From Octopus bimaculoides (taxonomy: Eukaryota): a DNA stretch of 64,000 nt. This document shows, one piece after another, positions 50,800 to 61,218 of the stretch (positions are counted from its first letter, which is position 1; each line of letters starts with the position of its first letter). The notes below the pieces were generated by a model that did not search any database, was not told the DNA's origin, and saw nothing but the letters and a program-made list of their open reading frames with translations. The stretch is taken from contig NC_068986.1 of the NCBI RefSeq assembly GCF_001194135.2, positions 2,753,635-2,817,634 on the forward strand, given 5' to 3'. The position numbers and the translations under genes were made by a program.

Positions 50800-53110
50800 A
50801 CGTGCAGATTTGTATGTTTTGTTTTATGTAAATCTTCTCATGCATATACAAGCATACCTGGACCTGCTCATATACACTTAAATGGTAAACTTCTAGAAAG
50901 TTTTACAGATTTTTACAGTTCCAGCGATGGCTTGGATTTGTAGTCATCGAATCAGCTTTCTCGTTTCTGGTTTTGAGAAGGCTAATTTCCCAAGATTGGT
51001 ATTTAGGCAGTGTTACATATCTCTGAATGTATGTGTGTATGTATGTGTATGTATGTACGTGTGTATATGTGTGTGTGTGTATGTATCTCTTGTTTTTAAT
51101 TATTTAAATCCTTCTTTTGAAGAAGAAGCTGATTTCTAAGAAAGACACAAAGTTCCATTGTTGGAATGTAGATAACGAAAGCAATGTCACATTTTAAACC
51201 TGAGAAAAGTCTTGCATAGTTCTGTTGTTCCGCTTACAGATTGTATTTGTAATGTACGAGTCAGTTGGTTGATTTCTGTACCTGAAAATCCAAGCTTATC
51301 CAAGCTTATCCAAGCCGTCAGTTAGGCATTTACTTACGAAATCAAATGCATCAATTATTATTGGTATGAATGTAAATTTGTAATCCGGATATAAAAGCGG
51401 GAGGTTTCGAAACAGTTGTTCATGGTTATCGTCTTTCTCTTTGATTTTCAAAGAGATCTTTACATCAACAGGACAGCTGATCTCTATGACAGTACATGCT
51501 TTTTCTTGTCTGTCCCAAACAACAATGGTCGACCTTTTATGCTTACATTTGATAGCCATTTTGATGAGAATGTTCCACCAGTACTTCTTGCGCTGATATT
51601 TGTGTATATATTCAATAACAGGGTGATTCTCTATATTTATTCCAGGACAGTTTTTTTTCCGGATGGTATCAAATATTGTTTTTGCGACAATGTCGTATCG
51701 CATAAGGAGGTAGTACTTTGATGACATTTTTGGGCAGCTGCTAATGTGTGATGTCTTCCACAGAAATATCACATAATGTACATTTTCGGTTGCATCTTGG
51801 AACTCCAAGGACTGCTCCATCTCTTTTGTTTATTAGGCATTTAGCAAACTTCTGTTCTTGGATTGCAAATGCATAGTTTTCGAAATGTGATGTAGCGGTC
51901 ACAGGTCCAAGAGAGACTTCGCTTCATATCAATGTTATTGATTTTTAAGATCATCGGGAAACATACCATACCCATGCATGGTCTTTTTGCTTTTGGTATG
52001 CTGAGCGTTTTACATCCAGGTCTTCTTTGGGGTATGCTAGTCCGGCTGATTTGCGGTTGTATGTATGTATGTATGTATGTATGTATGTATGTATGTATGT
52101 ATGTATGTGTGCAGATTTGTATATTTCGTTTTATGTAAATCTTCTCATGCATATCTAGACATGCTCATATATGCTTAAATGATAAACTTCCAGACAGTTT
52201 TACAGGTTTTTACAGTTCCACTGATGGATTGGATCTGTAGTCTTTGAATCAGCTTTCTCCTTTCTTGTTTTGAGAAGCCTAATTTCTTAAGATTGGTATT
52301 TAGGCAGTGTGTTACACATTCCAGTGCCCCAGTAATTACAGGTATAAACCTGATCTTGTAATCTTCATAGAGTAACTATAGATTTCAGCGTAGGTATTCT
52401 CACTGATCTTCAGCTGATTTTCATAACTGTACACAGTTTCTCTTCTCTACTATAAGTAATTTTATCAGGTCTATTTTGTTTACGTTTTATTGAGGTCTTC
52501 AATGGGACATTCCACCACTACTCCTTTTTATTATGAGTGGCTATGGCTTCCACCATACTGTAGGATCTTATTTTTTTGTATGTATGTATGTATGTATGTA
52601 TGTATGTATGTATGTTCTGTTTTATTTGGCGTCACGTATTGAACTTAAGAAAAGTTTTGGATATTTTCGCTGTTCTGCTTATATATTGTATCTGTAATAT
52701 GCGTGTTAACTGGTTGATTTCTGTTTACCTTTTTTCTTAAACTCCAGCTTTACCAGATTGTCACATTGGCATTTACTAACAAAACTAAGTGCACCAACAC
52801 AATTTGGGTTTAGCAGCTTTAGGTTTCGAAGCAGTTGTCCGTAGTTATCCGTTTTCTCTTTGATTTTCGAAGAGAGATTCACATCAGCCAGGCAGCTAAC
52901 CTCTTTGATGCTACGCACTTTTCCTGTATGTCCCAAACAACTTTATCAAGTCAGCTATGTTTGCACCTGGAAGAAGTTGTGATGAGGATGTTTCACCAAT
53001 ATTTCTGGTGTTGATGTTTATAGAAGCATTCAATAACAGGGGGCTTCTCTATATTTATCTCAGGGCGGTCTTTTTTTTGGATGGCATTGTTTTTTGTTTT
53101 TTTCTAAATA
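50800..53110 (-). mobile_element. Cluster of R4/Dong-like (restriction-like endonuclease) non-LTR 3' fragments
   Basis: ORF 51296-51820 SCPK...RYDIVAK...WWNI...TIVVWDRQEKACTVIEISCP...KEK fits the CCHC + PD-(D/E)xK layout. A second copy lies at 52700-53100, with a duplicated 3' UTR (50800-51020 and 52108-52320). Confidence 0.75.
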
Positions 53111-54463
53111 ATAGAAATTACCAGTCATTAGTCAACTACATATTGCTTTCAAATTTTGGCACAAGGCCAGCAATTTCAGAGAAGGGAGTAAGTTGATTAC
53201 ATCGACCCCAGGGCTCAAATGGTACTTACTTAATCGACCCCGAATGGATGAAATGCGAAGTGAACCTGGGAGGAATTCGTCAGCTAAGTATTAATTCCAA
53301 TCCCCAGTAAACCTTAAAGTTTCTTTCTCCGATTACACCATCGAATAGCCGATTACTGAAGACGAACCCAGTCAGGATTTGAATTTAGAATGCAAAAAGT
53401 CGGAAAGAATACTGCAATGCGTTTTAACCATTTAAAGGAGCCGTATCTGAACCAAATATTCCATCTGTTTTATGTTCAAACCGGCCAGATCCGGCCTGTC
53501 ACACCTACCCTACAATGTTCTTCTAAAAGTAAACAATCACATCAGAGAAACCTCGAAGCTACGAGATAGTGCATGATTAATTAAAAAGACAATAGCAAAA
53601 CAATATGAATAATTAAGCATTACATCTGGTAGAACAATCTGAATGTGAAAGGACCAAAGATTCTGCCGGTCTGGTGTCCTTGAGCCATATTTGAAATGGA
53701 AAGCAGAGCAGGCTATTTCCACTTGATTCTAACAATTTCATTTCTAATTCCTATGCATCTTATACTTATATCCCTTCATTTACTTCTAGATGTATAGTAT
53801 TATACTAAGCTTCTGTTTCAAGAGGTTACCTTAATTCAGTTCTATATTTAAGAGATGAGAAATTATGTACATTATTTATATTATTTACATTATTTACATT
53901 CGGTGGATATTTGTCCTCATCTTGTTTGTTGTTAACACAACGTTTCGGCTGATATACCTTCCAGCCTTCATCAGGCTGGAGGGTATATCAGGATTAAGTT
54001 ATTATCATGTTTTTCCCATTGGTTGACAGCTGCTTGTTCTTTTATAAGTTTTGGAACGTTTTTATTTTATCTGAAAGACTTTGAACCTATTGTACCAGAA
54101 GCATAAATTGCTTTAATCGCGCTTAAAATTACAAAAATAAAGCAACAACAAAAAACAAAAACAGAAACAAAAACATCTTGCGTTGTGCAATGGTACCCGG
54201 TTACTGGGATTCAAGCGTTTTGATCAACCACGAAGTTCTTCATTGCTTTTTTCGTTTCTAGAATACTGCTTTGACTTTCTTGCTAGACATGAAAAACCAC
54301 TCGGTTGTTAATTCCTTCACTTGAGCTTTGTTCCCGTCAAACTAGTTTCGGTGTTTTCTTGTGATGAGACCCATGTGCCCTGGACAAGCTGCAGATCTGC
54401 CTGTCTTTACAGAGGTCCACACATTTTAAACTGTGATGCAATGTTTCTGTTTTATGTAAGCAT

Positions 54464-54637
54464 GTATGTATGTATGTATGTATGCATGTATGTATGCATG
54501 TATGTATGTATGTATGTATGCATGTATGTATGTATGTATGTATGTATGTATGTACACACGAGCAGATGTCACTGCACATGTATGTGTGTGCGTGTGCGTG
54601 CGTGTGTGTGTGTGTGCGTGCGTGTGTGTTTGTGTGT
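54464..54637. repeat. (TATG)n/(TG)n microsatellite; one example of many (CA, GA, TAA, GAT, TATG tracts throughout)
   Basis: Directly visible in the sequence. Confidence 0.95.
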
Positions 54638-54834
54638 ATATTTCTCTGAAGAAGATCCTTGCCCGAAACGTCAGAAGTCACCTCTTTGCACTGCACATAA
54701 TCTTATCCCGTTTAATGAAATTTGATCGCATTTATGATATATTAGACGTCCATCCGTTCACATACGCGCACAAATATATTAAACTCTTAATTTCGAAAAG
54801 CATATTTTAGAGAAGAGGCGATTCTATAACTTAC

Positions 54835-55029
54835 CTCATTTTTCGCCAGTTGTTGTCGCTGGGAATCATATTCGTGAAAATCTTCGTATTCCCCTCGATA
54901 AATATTATCGGTGATTTCTGTTTTTAAAAATGGATTGCTCTTCAATGCATGTACATAGTCTACAAACTCCATCCGACCGCTATTACCGTACTTTTTTTTG
55001 AAGAGATTAATTGTAGCCGCAATGATCAC
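54835..55029 (-). CDS. Secreted protein exon 3 (VIIAATINLF...QLAKNE)
   Basis: ttgtcag| acceptor, GAG|gtaagt donor, 195 nt. Confidence 0.8.
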
Positions 55030-55358
55030 CTGACAATTGAAATATTTGTTGACATCATAAGAATTTACAAACTTCAACAGAACGTGAAATAATTTGTTTA
55101 GGAACAGTGAAACTCGATGCAAATAAAGCTATAAATAACAGCGCATAAATATTGGGTTAGAAAAAGTCTAAGGCTTCTATTTTAAAGTTTCTTTTTAACC
55201 GAATATTTACACGTTATTGCTTATAACTTTATCTACTTCGAGTTTCACCGTTCCAAAAACATACTTGTATTTAATATGTACGGTATATATTACACACATA
55301 CGCGCGCGCTCGATCACTCACNNNNNNNNNNNNNNNNNNNNNNNNNNNNNNNNNNNNN

Positions 55359-55398
<40 letters not shown>

Positions 55399-55914
55399 GC
55401 ACAGACTCGCACAGACACACAGACACACAGATAAGCAGACAGCTACACACACACACACACGCATAAGCACACGCACAGAGTTTTTGGGAACAGTAAACCA
55501 CAAAAAGGTACTGTTGTAGAAGCTAGCTGCATTGCGACTGGAAATATTTCAATAAAAATCAGTGGGAAAGAAAATATTTGCAGTCAACTACTTCAAAACT
55601 ATGAATTTCTCCTCGAAGATTATATATTTATAATTGATTCTATTGATTATGCTGTACTTATGTTATTAAAAAGAAAAATAGAAATGGTATTTTCATGCAA
55701 GTTGTGTTACCTCAACAAACTTGACTTATCTTAACAGAAAAGAGCTTCAAATACGATATTCCTTGACAAAAGTTGGATTGGTATATAAAACTGCGTTTTT
55801 CAGTTAAGGGAGTAAGGAAATTTTGAGTGGATATATCTACTTTCCGCAGTAAAAGGGTTCAGAAACAAAAACCGCAGTTTCAGGTAGTGCCATCTTAAGG
55901 TATGGATATATTGG

Positions 55915-56490
55915 ACGGTGGCCCGGGGTCGAAATTTTTTTCCCGCGAGAATTCCAGACCCCAGTTATGAACTCATTTTGCATACAACCAACCAGAGTTC
56001 AACTATCAAACTAATTTATTAGCGCATAAGAATTAACAGACAATAAGATAAGGTCACTCGGGTAAGGAATGACCATGCTTCTTTTCACTTTTAATAATGA
56101 TTGTTGTTCTTGTTCTTGTTTCAACCATGGCTGCCTCTGCGTAGTTATTTGTGTTGTTGTTTACTTCGTAAAACAGTAAGGGGAGAGGATTGCTAGCACA
56201 TCACCCACATTTTCCCCATCCACATCTTTACCATATGGGGCCCTAACAAAATCCGATAATAGGCATAGATGCAAATCTATCTAATTACTTGTCTCCTTCT
56301 AAAATCAGTCATAACTTGGCGATCGGTAGACTTACAACACCGTTCTTCGTCTTGAGTTTACTTGGTAGAGTGTGTTTGTTAACTTGACATGGTCGAGGTG
56401 AGCTCTGATTGGCTGTATGCAAATGAGTTCATTACTGGGGTCCGGAACTCTCGTGGGAAAAACAATTCGCTGCCCGGGGCCCTCACGGAT
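55915..56490. mobile_element. TIR element, copy 2 (same ends, opposite orientation)
   Basis: ~90-bp imperfect TIRs homologous to those of 48275-48715. Confidence 0.65.
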
Positions 56491-57949
56491 CTAGGGACAC
56501 CAATGTTGTCCTCTGTGGTGGTGTATATAAAAACCCAACTCTTTTGCTTTGTCCTGGCGGTCTGTCTTGGCGGTTAAGACGGACTTGGCTACATATGAAC
56601 AACCCATTCATACTCTATTAAAAAAATCAGTCTGTACTTGCAACGAGAGCATTAAATGCTTTTCTAATATATATAATATTATAACATTATAACTCGTAAG
56701 TTACCTTACCATTTCGCATTTGTCTTGCTTCTATATGTTGGTTCCCTGACGATGAATATATGTGCAATTCCAGAAGCTCTTACTTCTTTGGAGTAGAGTG
56801 CACATATATTTTGAAACATATGTAGGAATTAAAGGAACTTTTATTTATATGCGTTTTGCTCCATTTATTATTATTCATATCTACTCAAAATGCATCGCTT
56901 TAACGTATGTATGTATGCATATACAGGGTGTGAAAAAATGTAAGTGCAAGTGCAGAATAGATAGTCACCAAGTAGTGTTCAGAGAAAGCGAATTCTTAAA
57001 CTGCAGCTTTCTAATCAGGACGAGGTCATCCAGAAGTAGAATAGTCGGTCAGCAGAACGACCTTAATGAACGTATATCAACAAGGAGAGACGAACAAAAA
57101 CATTATAGGCTTCAAGAATGTTTTTATATGAATTACTGCGTATACATTTTACAGGATGTTAGCAGGCCTTGTATTTATAGTTGTTTCAAGTAACCAATCA
57201 ATAGTTGATATTAACACTGTATATTATGTAGATAAGTGTAATAGTGAGGTAATACTAATTAGTCTTAAACACATAAGAAAAGAAGATACAAGCTTAGATG
57301 TTTATGATTAGTATTCTTTATTGCTCTGGGCACAAAATCCGAAACTTTTGGGGAGGGGGCCAATCGATTAGATCGACCCCAGTACGCAACTGGTACTTAA
57401 TTCATCGAACCTGAAAGAATGAAAGGCAAAGTCGACCTCGGTGGAATTTGAACTCAGAACGTAGAGGCAGGCGAAATACCGCTAAGCATTTATGATTAAT
57501 ATTGCCCCAGGATTACACCTGTCTACAGAATATGTATTATTATATCAATTATTTACTAATCATTTTAAACAAAGCCAGCTTACATCATATAAACTTTACT
57601 TGCAATTCTCCATACAAATAGATTCCTTACATCTATAATTGTTTGTCCGTCATTCTTTTTGCTCTCTCTGTCTCTTTCTCTGTTTGTCTTTATCTCTCTC
57701 TCTTCTTTTCTCCCCCCACTCTCTCTCTCTATATTGTTGCTATTATGTTTTTTACAATATTTATTTTTGCTTGCTATAACCGGTTCTTTTGGTCAAACTA
57801 TCGTATCTCCAGCTGCTTCAGATGCCAAGATATTAAAAATTGTCAAAGTGTAGTAAAACGGTTTTGTTATGGAATGGCGAAACTATTTTTGCGTTTTCTG
57901 AAAATGCAACGTTTTGGACTTCCGACACTTTTGTATAACAGCAACGATA

Positions 57950-58617
57950 TATATATACTATCAACAGAAGAATCCAGAGTAATCCATAGGCAGGAGAGGT
58001 GCAGCCGGAGTGTAGAAAGTCCAAAAGAGTGTAGAAAGGTAGAAAGTCCAGCGGAGAAGTTCGTGAATGATGAGAAGAGACAGGATCAACTGGTGCGACC
58101 ACGTGAGCGTGTGATATATATAGGGAGAATTCACAACCCCCCCCCCAAAAAAAAAAACAAAAGACGAAGACAGGTGGTGTAGAAAACAAACAGATGTATT
58201 GGTACAACGCTCGGGAATTGAAAAAGTCTTTAACGTTTCGAGCCTACGCTCTTCCACAGAAAGAAAAAGCAGAGATAAAAAAAAAAAGCTTTTTTTCTCT
58301 CCGTGTTTCNNNNNNNNNNNNNNNNNNNNNNNNNNNNNNNNNNNNNNNNNNNNNNNNNNNNNNNNNNNNNNNNNNNNNNNNNNNNNNNNNNNNNNNNNNN
58401 NNNNNNNNNNNNNNNNNNNNNNNNNNNNNNNNNNNNNNNNNNNNNNNNNNNNNNNNNNNNNNNNNNNNNNNNNNNNNNNNNNNNNNNNNNNNNNNNNNNN
58501 NNNNNNNNNNNNNNNNNNNNNNNNNNNNNNNNNNNNNNNNNNNNNNNNNNNNNNNNNNNNNNNNNNNNNNNNNNNNNNNNNNNNNNNNNNNNNNNNNNNN
58601 NNNNNNNNNNNNNNNNN

Positions 58618-58662
<45 letters not shown>

Positions 58663-59010
58663 CACAAATTGAGATGATCATATTGCCAATTGAGATTATG
58701 ATATTACCTTTATGTAGGTAGCCTCCAAGAAGTTCACATTTCGATTTTAGGAAAGCACTCTCCGCCAACCACAGTCTGTGTCTTCAAATAGCCCAGAACG
58801 TTCCAGTAGTCTCCAGTTCATGTTATATGATGTTGCTCCCCCTTTTACTCTCCATATATAGCAGGTTAAATTTGTAGTACTCTCCTGGATTCTAAAAGAG
58901 GATCCATGATTATTTAACCTGGTCTTAAAGAAACGCTCTGTCGTTCTGACATATTTCTGCAAAGGTGTCGTTCCTTTGGTGTTGTTCGATACTTCTGCTT
59001 CGTTGACCAC
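57950..59010 (-). mobile_element. Penelope-like element 3' fragment (GIY-YIG endonuclease relic plus terminal repeat)
   Basis: KYVRTTERFFKTRLNNHGSSFR...YIWRVK...YNMNWRLL and LKSKCELL fit the Penelope GIY-YIG domain. Confidence 0.65.
58227..58264 (-). ncRNA. Minimal type I hammerhead-ribozyme-like motif with one core substitution
   Basis: UCUUU-CUGUGGA-A-GAGC(GUAG)GCUC-GAAA-CG-UU/AAAGA: stems I and II pair perfectly; the core has A6->U. Confidence 0.55.
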
Positions 59011-59171
59011 GGCTTCGGCGTTAACCTTTCACTAATATTTTTTGACACTAAGTGCGCAGCTGAATGCAACTCTTTTGTTGGATATTTTATTCTATCTAGA
59101 TATCTTAGAATCATAAGTCGAATGCCTTAACCATTAAGCTACAAACAAAGAAAAGAAAATATATTGCTTAC

Positions 59172-59362
59172 TTGTAAATCTTCGTCCAGTGTTTTAATAG
59201 TTGCGTTGTTGAGGTCACCATAGTTGACAGCCATTTTACAGAAATAAGGAATACGGTCTGAATTCATGAGGTCATCAACAGAGTTGCCATTCCATACCTT
59301 TCGGGCGTTAATTATAACATCGGATATTTTATCCAACTCGAGAATACCAGCATTAGCAACAC
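59172..59362 (-). CDS. Secreted protein exon 2 (VANAGILELDK...TLDEDLQ)
   Basis: aattttag| acceptor, CAA|gtaagc donor, 191 nt. Confidence 0.8.
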
Positions 59363-60245
59363 CTAAAATTGTTGGTAAGATGAATGATACAAAAAGAAAT
59401 TTTGTAAAAGTGTAGCCGTAGCATTTTATACAGGTTTCATTTGAGAATTGAAAACAAATTAATTATAAAAAGTGACAGTGAATTGTTCTCGTTATGTCTG
59501 TCACTGCAGTTTTATTGTTAGCTACAAGATATGTGCTTTTATATCTATTAGTAACTGACTGAATGTATAACTTTCAGACACTTAGACTTTTACGCCACAC
59601 ACAATCACGAAACAATCAACGACTAATTAATAACTGAATGAACTAGCTTCGCTAAATGAGAAAGCAAACTTCAGATTGGTTACCTGAAAATCTATAATCC
59701 TTTTCATATTACCTTTTATAACTACAATAGTTTCTGTATTTATCATATATCATACTTTATTTTGCAAGCTGTTTGTAAAATCTACACTCAAAGGCCCTAC
59801 CTCAAATCATACAAAGAAGGTAAATATTCAATTTTTCATCTGCACTATTTATTTATTTATTTATGTGTTTCAGCCAAGTGGCTGCGGTCATGCTGGTGCA
59901 CCACTATGTCCAATGTTTTACTGTGAATTCATTAATTTTTTTTTTAAAGGTAAGGATTCGTTTTTGTCGATAATTCAGTGAAAAAGAAAAAAAAAGAAAA
60001 AATAATTAGCAACCATATTTACCTCAGTTTGGGTCAATAATGATGCCTAAACCCAAATATTGTGTAACTTGCTTTTAATTACTGAATCGCACACACACAC
60101 GCACACGCACGCACACACACACACACACGCACACNNNNNNNNNNNNNNNNNNNNNNNNNNNNNNNNNNNNNNNNNNNNNNNNNNNNNNNNNNNNNNNNNN
60201 NNNNNNNNNNNNNNNNNNNNNNNNNNNNNNNNNNNNNNNNNNNNN

Positions 60246-60276
<31 letters not shown>

Positions 60277-60503
60277 TCAGATGGTTAAATTTCCAACTAT
60301 TCTAAGTAGCAACAAAATAAGCTACTTTTGTTTTACAGACAGCTTATTTTAACTGATGGAAAACAGCTAATTTTGTTTTTGTTTTTTAAATAAATACTCT
60401 ACTCACCCTAAAGGCATTAGTAATAATAAATGTAGTACAAGATACGTTAAGGTTTGGGTTGGATTTCTATTAAAATATCTCTGTTGGAATATTCGGTACG
60501 TAC

Positions 60504-60555
60504 CACTTGCGTACACGACCGCAAATAGGAAAAGGACCGGAGCTGAAAACTTCAT
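60504..60555 (-). CDS. Secreted protein exon 1 (signal peptide MKFSAPVLFLFAVVYAS)
   Basis: AAACCATG start context, G|gtacgt donor, 52 nt, phase 1 matching exon 2. Confidence 0.78.
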
Positions 60556-60688
60556 GGTTTGTTTTGGTCGCCTGATTCGTTTCCAACTGACAGAGGCCTT
60601 ACACTTTGAGCTTAGTTTATATTACTATTTTAGCAGATGGTTGATTCTCAAGACAATTGTATATTGAAAGTGAAAAGGTCACGCCCAC

Positions 60689-60695
60689 TTATATA
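60689..60695 (-). promoter_or_regulatory. Candidate TATA box (TATATAA) of the secreted-protein gene
   Basis: About 135 nt upstream of the ATG, followed by GTGGGCGT. Confidence 0.5.
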
Positions 60696-61159
60696 AATGT
60701 CTCTCTCTCTCTATATATATGTATGATTTTAAATTTTAGTTAAAATCTATTCTCATCTTCGTTAATTTCTTCAGTGTAGTAAGTGATATACTGTAAAGAA
60801 TTGGACTAAAGGAATGAGAATAAAGAATTGAGCGGTAATGCCGATAGTCAACAGGTGTTTTCTGTTTATTAGATTAAGCCTTTAGTTCTGATACACTTTC
60901 TCCTCAATAAACTATTCTTCCAGTTATGTGAGAATCAATGCAGAAACTTAGAAAACTACAAAAGCGCCATTGCTCATTGGACAATTTAAACCTAGCGCTA
61001 CAAATGGCCCATTTGTTAGCCCTGTATAACTAGCTTTTATTTAGAAAAAGAAATCACTCTCGCATTATTGTGGCTTCGGGGTGTTTACTTTGTATGCAGC
61101 GCAAAATCGAAAATATGAATAGAATTGCTTTACATCTTAACTCTTTGAAGTTTTTTTTA

Positions 61160-61218
<59 letters not shown>

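Larger units (their letters stand above)
44061..60555 (-). other. Gene span: uncharacterised secreted protein, 5 coding exons, 864 nt CDS, 287 aa
   Basis: Exons join with matching phases (1,0,0,0) into one open frame from ATG 60555 to TAG 44061, with an N-terminal signal peptide. Confidence 0.8.

Noticed and set aside
54641-54676. Functional hammerhead at CTGAAGA...GAAACGTC
   Set aside because: The core and stem I (UUUCU/AGAAG) are present, but stem II (AGAUCCUUGCCC) no longer pairs; it is at best a decayed copy.
54321-54810. ORFs such as MYVCMYVC / HTHTHT / VCVCV (also 62614-62910, 36421-36732, 44337-44624)
   Set aside because: These are translations of microsatellites.
16293-60305. Long ORFs in the track containing X runs (16293-17237, 19898-21009, 42694-43926, 44809-45304, 57961-58768, 60047-60305)
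   Set aside because: These are artefacts of translating through N gaps.
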